Assembly: GCA_012026655.1 (NCBI GenBank)
Contig: JAAILG010000271.1
Location: 1 to 64,000 of the forward strand
From: Hydrolagus affinis
Lineage: Eukaryota
Length of the DNA stretch: 64,000 nucleotides
Direction of reading: 5' to 3'
Shown here: positions 11,131 to 23,710 of the stretch, piece by piece
How the letters are laid out: every line of letters starts with the position of its first letter
Position numbering within the stretch: the stretch's first letter is position 1
Translations under genes and position numbers: made by a program
The notes under the pieces: model-generated
What the model saw: the letters and a program-made list of their open reading frames with translations, nothing else
What the model was told of the DNA's origin: nothing
Database searches by the model: none

Positions 11131-12270
11131 AAGTTTGAAGACAGGTTTGAAGGTGTGGAGTGAGGGATGGATAAAGGACGTAATGTGAGAGAGCAATGGG
11201 CAAAGGGTAGCAGTTGGGTGGGTGGAGACAGCTGAACAGATCCCCTCGATTTTGATCTTGAGAAATTCCGGCATTTCTTCGCACTTGGATTTGGAGGAAA
11301 CAATTTGTGAGGCTTGAGAGGGTGGATGGAAAACCCAGTTGGTAGTCGAGAAGAGAAGCCTGGAGTTGCCCTTGACCTCCAAGATTACTTTTGAATAGAA
11401 GGACAATTTAGTGGAGGGGAAAGTGAACTGGTAAGTTTTTATGTGGTCACAACAGATTTGAGCTAGGTATGTTCAGTATGAGTGGGGGTGGCTGGTGTGC
11501 CAGGATGAGATTCTGGGCAAGGGTATTGAGAATGGTAGAAAAAGAGTTTTGGAGGAGAGAGACTATAGAGGATAACTCGGTGCAAGAGATAAAGCAGAGG
11601 GTGAGGTGATCAGACAACTCCATGGCAGTGGAGAGGGAGTGTTGGGAGATTCTTTTCCAGGGGTGATAGGGAAAGGAGGTGGGTTGGGTGTCGGTCGGGA
11701 GAGGAATTGAGGAGTTAAGGAAGATGAAATGGTGATCTGAGATTGTGAGGTCCAAGACACTGAGGCTCCGGGTAATCACCAAGGCTAGTGGGTGGCCATG
11801 AATGTGGATGGCAGAGTGGATGTAGAGTAAGAGGATCTGAGAGGAAAGGGGAGAGCAAAAGTCAGTGGAGAGAGAACTAGAGGGGGTGAAGTGCAGGCAA
11901 GTGCTCCAACTACTGAGCTACAGGACTCCACAGCAGAGGTGACAGTTGGAAGAGGAATGTGTAAAATGGGAGGGAGCTGTGGGAGGATTGGCAGGGACAG
12001 TGGGAATGTGGATGAGAGAGGAGAGGTTAGGGGTCTAGGTCTGGTGGGGCTTGTGGTGATAGTGGGGGATGGGGCAGTCAGTGTGGCTGCTGCTGGACAG
12101 CTAATGGCAAGTGCAAAGGTGATCCCGACAGAGGATTCCCAGACTGGAGCAGAGAGAGTCTATGGAACGATTAATTGGATATGGAGGTGAGGAGGAGGGA
12201 GAGAGAGGAGGACACAGCAGAAGAGTTGCAAGGTAGGGAGGGTTTTGGGGGAAAAGCTGCTTGGGTTGGG
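11131..12270 (-). mobile_element. Decayed L2 5' part including the APE endonuclease end
   Basis: HIHGHPLALVITRSLSVLDLTISDHHFI contains the APE-type THxxGxxLD...SDH motif; strongly C-rich on the minus strand. Confidence 0.7.
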
Positions 12271-13474
12271 TATCACATATTTATGTATGTTACCATGTCA
12301 GCAACTACTGCATCACAAAAAAACTAATGTAGAGTTAATTGCTTGAGACTATGAGACTATATCCCAGTAGACTATGGGATATTTATCATCAATATTAACA
12401 CAATTAACCAGGTCATGGTTTTTGAGTGTACGGCACTAGTCTTCAGTTGTGTGTAATGCGAAATAGTCCACTCATATTGGCAGATATTGTTTGTTTTCTC
12501 GTCAAGTTAGTTAAAAACTAAATCTATTTGTCGATGAAAAGGAAAGAACACTCCAATGCACATCTTCATGCTACAGGGCTGCATTATCAGATGCACGTTT
12601 CATCGCAGTTTGTGTCCTTGTGAATTATAAATCTCTGTTATGAATATTTATTCATGTAATTTCTACACTTGCTATTGGAGCAGTCATTTTGTGATGTATT
12701 TCTTAGATTAAGCATTCCGAGATACCGTCTGGTGTGACGGGCGCTATACAAATGCAAGTTGTTGAAACCTAAATTCAAATCCTACAAGTGAAAAATACAA
12801 ATTCTCAGATTTTATTTATTTATGACTAATTTCTGATGTGAATGTGACATTTTTATGTATTTAATTATCAGTGTCTCAGCAAACTACATTGTCAATCCGT
12901 TGACAACCAACTTGATGTGATTTCTTCTCCAATATATTTCCATTAGTGTAAGTAGTCTGTGATTATACTGTAAATATTGTAGGCCTGAAACCGTGACCTT
13001 TGAGAGATTAAGTGATAACCTGTGGCGATCCGAGTGAATCGTGTTATAAATGGTTTCTTGGCTTATTAAATACTGAGGCTGTGGGAGCAGTTTTTGTCAA
13101 ATATAGTCAGCCTTAGTGTTATATTATTGCTTTTCCACAATGTCACTTTTTTAAAAAGAAATACTGTATTAAGATTAATATTGAAAATATTTATGAAACA
13201 GATGCAGCCAAAGAGCAAAAATTGCATTCACCGAGCAGCAGAATTTTGAAATGGAATTATATAAATGAGAGAGCAACTATTTATCTCTGTAGTAATATGA
13301 ACAATCATAGAGGATATTGGGTGCGGATCTGAGCAAGACAATTAATATCCTACACGGGCGAAAGATATAGTTCAATCGGTGAATAACCGTGCACATTCCT
13401 CCTCTATCATTATCAGTCATCAGAGAAAATGACTTAGAAGGAACCTGATACAAGTGTATAAGAGGTGTGAAGCC

Positions 13475-13665
13475 CGATAGCATATTGTTTAGAGTACTTG
13501 CCTTGCAATAGAGAGGACCTGGCATGCCGAAACGTTGGCAAGTTTCCTTATTCCATGTGACTCTATTTAACATCAGAAAATTGGAAACTTGTTATCATTT
13601 GATTGGCAGATCCCTTTTCCAGGGATTAATAATTCATTCAAAAATAAAAAAAAATAAACAAATAA
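13475..13665 (+). mobile_element. SINE head and body, truncated at an L2 insertion
   Basis: tagagtacttgccttgcaa...ggcaagtttccttattcc...gattggcagatcccttttccaggg. Confidence 0.7.
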
Positions 13666-13668
13666 GGC

Positions 13669-14858
13669 AACAACAACAAAATTACACTTGTATAACGCCT
13701 TTCACATCAGGAGGATATCACAAGGCACTGGCCAGTCACTGCTTCAGACCCGAGCTGAGGACAGTGGGGGTGGGTGGGGTGGGGGTGGGAGAGGGAAGTG
13801 GGGAATTAGGAGTTGCCCATGGGTCCATCGAAGAGGAGAGTCTTGAGGCGAGACTTGAAGGAGACCAGGGAGGGGATGAGGTGGAAGGACTGCGGGATGG
13901 AGTTCCAGAGGTTAGGGGCAGAGTGGCTAAAGGCTTGCCCGCCAAAGGTGGGGCATGTGGGTCTGGGGACATGGAGCAGGCCAGAGCCTGCTGAGTGGAG
14001 AGGGCGAGCAGGTTGGTAAGTGGATAGGAGGTCATGGGGTGAAGTTGTGGAGGGCTATAAATGTGAGGACCAGGATCTTGAATTGGATCCTCTGGATGAT
14101 GGGGAGCCAAGGATGGGGGAGATGGGGTCACGGAGTTTGGAACAGTAGAGAACACGGGCCACAGAGTTCTGGATTATCTGCAGCCTGTTGAGGGAGGAAT
14201 TGGGAAGAGCGACCAACAGGGCATTTGCATAATCGAGCCAGGATGTAGTGAAGGCATGAATGAGGGTTTCAACGGCTTTGGGAGTGAGGTAGTGGCATAG
14301 TCGGGCAAAGTTGCAGAGATGGGGAAAGGCAGAGCGAGTCATTGCTTGGATGTGGGGTAGGAAAAACAGTTGTGGATCGAACAAGACACCTAGGTTCCTG
14401 ACTGACTTGGTGAGGTTTAGTATGCAACCATGGAGGCTGATGCTGCCAAAGCCTGATGCAAGACGGGACTCTGGAGGGCCTCTGTCTTATTTACATTGAA
14501 CTATAGCAAGTTAGCTCTCATGCAGGACTTGCTGTCTGACCTACAGTCTGTCAGGACAGTGGTAGTCCTGGAGTCGAGGGTAGAGGCAGAGAGATAGAAT
14601 TGGGTGTCATCCACATACATGTGGAAATTGACCCCATGTCTGCGGATGATGTCACCAAGTGGGAGCATGTAGATATTGAAAAGTAAGGGGCCGAGGACAG
14701 AGCCCTGGGGGACACCACAGGTAATAATGCGGGGGCCGGAAGAGAAACCATTGGTGGTGACAAAGTATAGGTAATGAGAGAGATAGGAGTCGAACCAGGC
14801 AAGAGCAGGTCCATGGAGATTGAAGAGGGAGGAGAGGCGTGTAGGAGGATGGAATGGT
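13669..14858 (-). mobile_element. 5'-truncated L2 LINE (mid-age subfamily)
   Basis: RT motifs [13 protein letters not shown] and FDPQL..HIQAMTRSAFPHL..LDYANALL..IQNS; 3' stem-loop and (GTT)n tail at 13669-13730. Confidence 0.92.
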
Positions 14859-14859
14859 C

Positions 14860-15131
14860 AGCAAGCTTCCTTATTCCACATCTGTTTACCAAGCAGTAAG
14901 TAGGAACCCGGTGGTTAGATTGGCAGATCGCTTTTCCAGGGGTAATAATCCCTCCAAAAAAAAATATTTGGTCACTCAATCCACAACTATGTGCACTGCT
15001 ATGTACAATTGGTTGCCATATTTTGTCTACAAATATACAGTCAATTCACTTTACAGTATATTCTGTGAAGCGCTTTGAGATCTGTGAAAGGTGCTATATC
15101 AAATGCAAGGATTATTACTATTATTATTATA
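14860..15131 (+). mobile_element. SINE body and tail
   Basis: tccttattccacatctgtttaccaagcagtaagtaggaacc...gtgaagcgctttgaga...aaatgcaaggattattactattatt. Confidence 0.85.
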
Positions 15132-15471
15132 ATGTCTCAAAGATGTGATAAGACCCTATATAAACTTCAACATGTTCAGATATGTTTAAAGGACAATTTC
15201 AATATAAATACCAAAAAGTGTTTCCCTACTTTCAACGAGTAGGATTACATGCCAGGAAGGTGGTCGAGACCAGTATAGTAGATTTGTTTTAAAAACAGCT
15301 TGATGTTGTGATGAGCAGATGTTAGGTTGGGTGTTCTGAAGGGTTGGGATTGGATCAGATGGACTGAGGACTTTCTTCATTCAAATCAATCTTGTGATCT
15401 TGTGATGATAAGCATGTACATAAAATAATAATAATCCTTGCATTTGATATAGTGCTTTTCATGTCTTCTAG

Positions 15472-16990
15472 ACAACAACAACAAATTGCACTTGTAGAGC
15501 GCCTTTCGCGCCGGGAGGACGTCCCAAGGCGCTGCACAGGAGGCGTGTGACCTGAGCTGGGAAGGGAGTGTTCGGGAGGGGGTAAGAAACGTAGGGTGGT
15601 CGAAGAATTAGGTGGGGAACAGAAGGCACGGTCGAAAAGGAAAGTCTTCAAACTGGCCTTGAAAGAGGAAAGGGAGGAAACAAGGCGGATGGATTGGGGG
15701 ATGGAGTTCCAAAGAGTGGGAGCGGAAAAACTGAAGGCCCGGCCTCCGATNNNNNNNNNNNNNNNNNNNNNNNNNNNNNNNNNNNNNNNNNNNNNNNNNN
15801 NNNNNNNNNNNNNNNNNNNNNNNNNNNNNNNNNNNNNNNNNNNNNNNNNNGTGCACGGGTTGCAGAGTTTTGGATGACCTGCAGCCTGTGAATGGAGGAG
15901 CTGGGGAGGCCGACAAGGAGAGAGTTCCCATAGTCCAGCCGTGAGGTGATGTACGCGTGCACGAGTGTTTCGGCAGCATGGGGAGTGAGATAGTTGCGGA
16001 GCCTGGCAATGTTGCACAGGTGGAAATAGGTGTTGCCGGTCAAGGCGCAGATGTGGGGGAGGAAGGAGAGTTTGTGGTCGAACGTGATGCCGAGGTTCCT
16101 GACTGGCTTTGTGAGGTGGAGAGTACAGCCTTGGATGTTGAGGCTGGCAGCACCCGATGTGCGGAGGCGCTGGCTTGAGCCAATCAGGAGGGCCTCGGTC
16201 TTGCTCACGTTCAATTGAGGAAATTGTCCCTCGTCCAGGACTCGATGTCGGACAAACATGCTGTCAGAACATCGATGGTCTAGGGGTTGAGGGATGAGGC
16301 GGAGAGGTACAGCTGGGTGTCATCCGCATACATGTGGAAGTTTACCCCATGTTTGCAGATGACATTGCCCAGAGGGAGCATGTAAATGGTGAAAAGGAGG
16401 GGGCCGAGGACAGAGCCCTGGGGGACGCCGTGAGAAACTGTGCGGGGGTTTGAGGAGAAACTATTGGAGGATACGAAATGTAGGCGGTGGGTCAGGTAGG
16501 AGTGGAACCATTCAAGGACTGTGCCTTGAAGGTTGAGGTGGGAAGAAAGGCATTGGAGGAGGATAGTGTGATCGACTGTGTCGAATGCAGCAGACAAGTC
16601 AAGGAGGACGAGGTGGCAGAGGGAGCCCTGGTCGCAGGCGGTTAGGATGTCGTTAGTAACCTTAACCAGGGCGGTTTCCGTATTGTGAGCAGGGCGGAAA
16701 CCTGATTGGAGGGGTTCAAGGAGTGAGTGAGTTGAGAGGAAAGAGCGGAGTTGGGAGGCAACCACTCTTTCAAGGACCTTAGAAAGGAACGGGAGGTTGG
16801 AGATGGGTCGGTAGCTTGAAAGCTGCGACGCATCAAGGGAGGGTTTTTTCAGGATAGGGGTGATGGTGGCTGTTTTAAGGGAGGTGGGGACAGTGCCAGA
16901 GGAATGGGAGAGGTTGATGGTGTCAGAGATGAGCGGGGCCAAGAGGTGGAGCTGGATGTGGAGGAGGGGGGTAGGGATGGGGTCCAGTGA
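15472..16990 (-). mobile_element. Young 5'-truncated L2 LINE with near-intact RT domain (one in-frame stop at 16280)
   Basis: [58 protein letters not shown]; CpG-rich; stem-loop and (GTT)n tail. Confidence 0.97.
15751..15850. other. Assembly gap (100 N) inside the L2
   Basis: Run of N. The sibling copy suggests about 226 bp are missing (equivalent to 55563-55788). Confidence 1.
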
Positions 16991-18129
16991 CGTCTCAAAG
17001 CGGTTCACAGAATATACTGTAAAATGGTTGACTGTAGATTTGGGACTGAAACACAGCCGTCAATTGCGCACAGCAGTGTCCCACAAAACAGTCATCGATT
17101 ACCAAATTATCATTGTTTAATAATAATAATACCAAGTAATAAAAGTCATAAAATCACAAAAACAGTAAACTGTCAATGGGAGTAAAGAGACTTGCTGCTA
17201 GTGAGTTGAACCAATTACTAATTTTTGTCTCACACAGTGATGAGAACACAGTACAGTATATATTTTCACATTAATAAAGCTACTGAAATATGAAGGACTA
17301 CTTCATTACTGTAATAATTGAATCTTTCATACACTGGACTCCATTAACTCCTCTTCATTTAAGTAAATAACTACAAATAGAACTGAAAGTAAAAGTGATG
17401 TTTTATAAATGGATTGTGTTAAAGTCATGGCGAGTGTGAGAAAGGAGATGTTCAGTGATGAGTGATTGATCCTGCAATGTTGGCTCAATTACCTTAACCT
17501 CCCAGATGTCTCTCATGTCTACAATTTATTGAGTCACTACACTGTAAACTGTACCATGTGAAGCACTTTTGAGACATCTCCCTGACATGACACTGTTTGA
17601 AATGTAAATATTATAATTTTTCTAGTCTACACGGAGATTCCTCCACCTTTCTGCTCATTCCATTCTTTCCTGAGTAGTCTGTATCATTGTAAGTTGTGTT
17701 TGCTTGAACCTGTTTGGTAATTATTTACCAAAACATCATGTTTCATAACCTGAAGCATTTGAACAGGGCTGAACATTCATTCAGTATCAATTCAGGGTGC
17801 TTGGCTCTAGTCACAGTCCCAGTGAGCTTTTCTCCACAGATATTCACATAGTGTCTGATTCAAGATGTTCACTTATTGGATTTGATGGGCTAATTGTGAC
17901 TTCTAATTTCGAATATTGTACAGCATTCTATTTGTGATACTTGCAGACAGGGAGTTTGGGGAAAGGGGGTCAGAAAGCAAACAAGCCTTGTGGCGTTTTG
18001 CTCAGTGGATTTATCCATATACTTTACATGTTTCCCACTTGCAGGAATCACAAATAGCCATTTTGTGTATCATCCAAATCATATCACAACGTCAGAAAGA
18101 TTCATGGTTATTGAGGTGTGTTCTTGAGG

Positions 18130-18540
18130 AATAATAAAAAAAAATCCTTGCATTTGATATAGCACCTCAAAATGTCCTTCATATTGATTTTCCTGCGAAG
18201 TGTAGTGAATATATTTTCTAGGCAAACACAGAAAACTATTTACTGTGTCTGCTAAATAGCCACAAAGCAAGTATCCAACAGATTGTTGGCCAGGACACCA
18301 TGAGTAACTCCTTTCTCATTTCACATAGTAACGTGGAATCTTTAATGTAACCTGACCAGGCAGAAGGATCCTCAGTTTAATGTCTCATTTGAAAGATGTC
18401 TCTTCCAGCAACGCTGCAATCCCCCAGCTCTGTGTTGGAATCTCAATTTAGATTATATGAATTCAAAGTTTCAATGTGGGGCTTGAGCCCACACCCTTCT
18501 AACTCAGAGGCAAGAGTATTGCCAGCTGAGCAGGTTGATA
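18130..18540 (-). mobile_element. DeuSINE (SacSINE/AmnSINE-like), with a younger-type SINE tail at 18130-18180
   Basis: Reverse-strand tRNA head (ctcagctggcaatactcttgcctctgagttagaagggtgtgggctcaagccc) and Deu domain (atgagacattaaactgagg, aaagattccacg, gtcctggccaac). Confidence 0.8.
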
Positions 18541-19882
18541 TGTATCTGTGCTAATAGTGATGGACAGATTGTTTGTTATATTACCGTAATTAATACCACT
18601 TGCATGGGATGTCTATTTACAGTGTTACTTGAAATTATCACTCCTCTGTGTGGACACGTGTGTGCTGGGGGCAGGAGTTCCTTAAATTGCTGAGAATGAA
18701 GATTTTCGTTATTGGTGTTTTAACCCCTCAAAAAATCCATTAGGACCATTGAGACGAAGATCAGTATGGCACTCCCAGACAACTGAATAAGTAATCGAGA
18801 TAAGACATTATACTAGTGTTTCATTTGAGAGTGTCTTACCTCAGAGCTTACCTAATACTGTGAGTTCAGATGAAGGCACGTGGAATCCAGGTAGAGAATC
18901 CCAAGGCACTTCCCATACACTCTTGATGCTTGAAGTTCCTAATTCAGGCACTTCACTTAGGAACTGTCTCCAGTGTTCAGGTTTTTGTGATATGGAATAT
19001 TGACTATTGTCAGCTCTTGTGATCTTTCCAATGTTAACAGCTGCCTGCAAAAGATCCCACGTTGCACATAGTCTCATTGTTTTAATTGGAAATTAGTTTC
19101 AATACAAGTTTTTAGATAAGCAACATTATAAATATTACAAATCAGTATTTTTGTTGAAAGCAGCTATGAGGAATTGCAATCCAGGCATAGGCCTGATCCA
19201 AGTCGATCATTTCATGGCAAATTAGTTTTGGATTTATCAGAAGTCAGTTGTGTCCCAAGCTGTTACTTTAATTGAATTCCATTGTTGGTAAGGGCACTGA
19301 TCTCCCATGCTTCCCTCCTGTCATCTTTAGTGCCAAGATGTAGTTGGTTCCATAGATTAATTGGATTTGACTTATGATAACAACCACAATGATAAATGAA
19401 TCTCTGCCGCAATTCATCTGTGGCCCTGTTCAACGACAGAGTAAAACTTAACAGAGACAAATAACATGGGAAGTTCATTGTTCTCATTTGGTTGGTAGAC
19501 AGAGTAATTCTATCTTGAAACTGAATGAAAAATCTATATACAGTACTTTGCTGGAATAAAATTAAGCTGATAGACAACCCGGGAGTTAAGGTGGTGCAAC
19601 AAACTGTAAAAAGGGAGGCGCTTGACCAGAAAGTTGTGTGGTACTGTTCAAATGCTGCCTGATCCCATCCAGTTTCTCTTTCCAGGCTTTTCATATCACA
19701 AGCTTAACCTTAACTCCTTTGATAGCATCCTCATGCTCACCAGAAGATTGTTGGTACCAGCCGTTCGTCAGGTCTTCCAGTCCAGGCTGGAGCTCAATTT
19801 CAATGCTGGTGAAGCGCTGCATTGCTGGAAGTACTGTCCTTCTCATGAGATGTTACACTGAGGTCTAGTCTGCCTGTTCAAA

Positions 19883-19884
<2 letters not shown>

Positions 19885-19915
<31 letters not shown>
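19885..19915. repeat. (TA)n microsatellite
   Basis: Direct reading. Confidence 0.95.
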
Positions 19916-19918
<3 letters not shown>

Positions 19919-20140
19919 CCTTTGGTATGTTTCCACAATTGTAACAATGAACTTCTAAAAGGAAAACAAAAACCAATGCAGCTTAAAAAAAAAAACAACA
20001 ACAACAAAGAAAAACAACCCAGTGATTAAAGCTCACCCTTTTTTTGGTAAACAACAAATACATAATTTTTAAAAAAATTCAAAATATATGAATAAATGTG
20101 TTCAAAAGGCCACATATGCTATGCGGGGGTATAGCTAGTT

Positions 20141-20270
20141 AATAATAATAATCCTTGCATTTGTTATAGCGCCTTATCACATCTTTGAGACGTCTCAAAT
20201 GCTTCAAAGAATATACAGTAAATGAAAAGACTATATATTTCGTGGGCACAATATGGCAGCCAATTGCGCA
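20141..20270 (-). mobile_element. SINE 3' part
   Basis: aataataataatccttgcatttgttatagcgcc...gagacgtctcaaa...gcagccaattgcgc. Confidence 0.8.
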
Positions 20271-22267
20271 GAACAATTAGATGAAGGCCGCATGACATAT
20301 TTGAAAAGGAGGACATTTCTCCCAGTGTTATGGATCATTCACTTTATTGCTCCTTGTGAGACAATGGTGTGTGCAAATTGGCTGATGCATTTGCTCACAA
20401 CTACAGCCATTGCACTTAATAGCAATCATTTGTGATCGGTTTACAATGTTTTGAAATGATAGGTAGTATACAGTACTATACTAGAATGTTTCTGTTTAAT
20501 CCTATATTTAGCATGCAACATACACTCACATAGCTTCTACTTATTTTCTGTTCTTTTTCACTGTTCTTCACTTCAATGCTGTTTAGTTTCAGCACCTTGG
20601 GATGTCCTCCTGGTGTGAAAGGCGCTCTATAAATGTATTTTTGTTGTTGTTGTTTCATTCTACCTTTTTGTGGATTCTGTATTTTTTTTAATACATTTTA
20701 TAATGAAGAATCTTGTTAGAATTCCCACCGATCTGTGGGAATTTGGCTCTGGAAGTAGATCAGGTCAGACATGGCAGACATCCCATGCAGATGATACAAA
20801 GTGCTTCTTATTACCAAAATGAGTCCCAGTTTTTATTCAGATTTTGAATGGTTCCTCGATATAATCTGATACATAACAATAACAACTTGTATTTTAATAC
20901 AAGTCTTCTCATAGAATAGCACGAAGGTGCACTGCATAACACCATTTCTCTAACATCTGCCATGTGTTAATATGAGTGAGGCTATAATGGACTCAACCAC
21001 AAGCAAAGGTTTGCCAACTTCTAAACATTATTAATCTTGTGAACATCACGCATGGATAGCAAACAATTGGGTAAAACTTCCAGTTTACCAGCAAAGCAAT
21101 GACAGAATCTATCTTCAATGCTTCCACAGAGGTTTTTTTTAATTTAATGTTTGTTCTTCTGAAAACCCTGACCCCGACAATTTTTTTTTGTTTCTGTGCA
21201 GGACTTTGCAATATTTCCTTGTGAAAAAAATGTTGCTGCACTCAGCAGTTTACTGTAATATACCGAGGGTAACCAGTTCTGTGTCCTTTAGTCCTTTAAT
21301 CTACTATTTATTCCACAGGGGAGAACAGCCAAAGACTTCATGAGTACTTTGGTTGCTGGTGAATGATAGAGACTGTATTCCCAAGTGAAATAAATTTCAA
21401 ATCAAATGACATGGCCAGGGACATTCCACTTTATTTGAATAGGTGAAATGAAGTGATCATAGTGCTGCAAATAATTTAATGGTTTCTTTCTATATGATTA
21501 TGAAAATGACTGAGTACAGCCAGAAGGACTTAGAAGCACTGTATGTTACCAAGTGAAAACATGACTGTGTCAATAATACGAGTATCTTCATAGGTTGGAA
21601 AATGTATCACTACTTTGCTAGATCTGTCCTAACAATATTTCAACAAATATATTCAATTGTGATTTGGGGTCAGTCAAATTCCCTTCCCCATTTAGAGGAA
21701 TTGCAAAGCTAATGAGGCCTGGTATGAAAATATACTGAATCAGTATTTCTTAAATTGTACCATATTAGCATTGCTAAGTGGGTATAAAATGTAATGCCTC
21801 ATCTCCAACTTATTTTGCTCAAAGATATCCTCACAAATTTAACTGTGTGCCTGTCTGCGTGAATATGAATAATCTTCATTACATTGTATTCGTGCGAATG
21901 TGAAAGAGATGGAAAGCATCTCATTAATGCTTAGGAATATATCAGGAATTCTGCCCATTCTTTCCCCATCTGTAGCAGAAATAAAAGTGCTTGCTTGTTT
22001 TAAACCACATTACACTTGTCCTGTTGGAGAAAGAGACTCAATTTTGTACCTATTTCATGTTTTTCAACATTCGTTTAAGAAGAAAGTATCGCGACCTTCT
22101 AGCTATGTCAGCCTCTCCCACCTCTGATTGGGCCTTCCTGATCTTTCATCCTCTTTCATTCTCTCTCCCTTCGGCTATAAAGCCTGCGAATGCTATGCTT
22201 TCCACTGAGTGATCTTTTATGTTTCTGCTGTGGTTTTGTGATATAATTCATGCCTTCCATTTATAGA

Positions 22268-22915
22268 CAACAAAATCATTATTACGCTTTGTGTAGCGCC
22301 TTGCACATTGGGAGGACGTCCCAAGTTACTGGGCAATCAGTGATTGAGACCCAAGCTGGGGATCGGAATAGGGGAGGGTGGAGGGCTGGTAGGGGAGGTG
22401 GGTTATCAAAAGCATTTTGAAAGAGAAGGGTTTTGAGGTAACTCTTTAAGGAGGCAATGGAGGCAGAGGGACCCCGGGATGGAGTTGCAGAGGATGGGGC
22501 AGAGTGGTTGTAAATACACCCATCAATGGTGGGGCGGCGAGGCGGGGGACAGGAAGCAGGCCAGAGCTCAGTGAGCAGAGGGAGAGGGCTGGTTGGTTAC
22601 AAGGTTGCAGAAATAGTAGGGAGCAAGTCCATGGATGGCTTTGAAGGTGAGGACCAGGATCTTGAATTATTTTCTCTGTGTGATGGAAAGCCAGTGGAGT
22701 CGGGTGAGGTTGGAGGTGATAGGATGTAGGAAAGGATGCAGACTGCCGAGTTCTGGATGATCTGCAGCCTATGGAGGGAGGAGAATGGAGGCCGGCAAAC
22801 AGGGAGTTTGCTAAGTCAAGCCTGGATGTTATGAATGCTTGTATGAGGGTTTTGGTGGCCTGTGGTACAATGTCAAAGCCAAGCAGAGCAGGTCTTGCCA
22901 TGGATGTGGGGTAGA
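22268..22915 (-). mobile_element. 5'-truncated L2 LINE
   Basis: TLIQAFITSRLDLANSLFAGL; 3' stem-loop at 22295-22325. Confidence 0.85.
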
Positions 22916-23479
22916 AAGGTTATAAAACATCAATAAAAGTAAATCCCTACAATATGGCCTCACCTTTTCCTACCTCTACAACCTCCTTTCATCTTGCAGA
23001 TCTGTTCTTTGACCACTCGTAGGATCATCTTTGCCTTCCCCACTCCCTGGCTCCCATCCCTCAGCTCAGTATGCCCATCCAGGACTGTGAAGAGCTTTGA
23101 GACAATCCTCCCAATGTGAAAGCCGCTGAATCAATGTAAATACTATCGTGTTGCAATTCTATTTCTAAATATTGGGGTTTGAGAGGTTACATTCCTTGTG
23201 ACTTTATGAAAAATCGATTCCCATTGCGCCATATAAAAATGAAATGAGGTTCAGTATGAATCTGTGCAGCAGGTAATGGATTTCAAACTCACAAATTCCA
23301 ATAAACTTGCTTTCCTAAACCACAATTTTCAAATAAGATTTTTCCAAGTCAGCAATCCAAACCCAGATGAATTTGAACAGTCATCTGATTTTCACCACGA
23401 GTTTATTTTCTTTAAATTAAAGAAAAGGATCTTCATTTGCGGTTCACCTGGATTGACTTTCTAATTTGCGGATGAATCG

Positions 23480-23710
23480 CAGCAGCATATTGCACATAGC
23501 TGTGTCCCACCAGCAGTCGTGGATTGAGAAATTAATTTTTTTGGACAGATTATTACCGAACCGCCAAACAATTAACTTCCCACTTACTATTTGATACAGA
23601 GGCATGTGAACTAGGGAAACATGCCTAAGATTTCACTCTGCCGATGAATTGAATCTGAGCCCTCTCTCTTGCAAGGTGATCATGCTAACCCTTATGTATG
23701 GGACTCCACT
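23480..23710 (-). mobile_element. Decayed tRNA-derived SINE
   Basis: gcagcatattgcacatagctgtgtcccac...; head remnant ending gggactccac. Confidence 0.6.

Larger units (their letters stand above)
15425..17115 (-). mobile_element. SINE split by an L2 insertion (pieces at about 15425-15472 and 16989-17115)
   Basis: Left piece ends atgtcttctagac and right piece resumes gacgtctcaaagcgg; the two are contiguous in other copies, e.g. 52793-52870. Confidence 0.85.

Noticed and set aside
16280-17008. 242-aa RT ORF as a retron, group II intron or functional RT gene
   Set aside because: It has L2-clade motifs, is 5'-truncated, ends in a premature stop, has an L2 tail, and its start lies in flanking SINE sequence.
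18880-18925. WEVPWDSL resembling the start of a tyrosine kinase domain
   Set aside because: No following GxGxxG or other kinase motif; likely coincidence.
18980-19020. V(D)J recombination signal (perfect GGTTTTTGT nonamer)
   Set aside because: There is no CACTGTG-like heptamer at a 12- or 23-bp spacing and no Ig/TCR segments nearby.
19263-19694. 143-aa minus-strand ORF
   Set aside because: No recognisable domain and no convincing splice or start context; consistent with chance.
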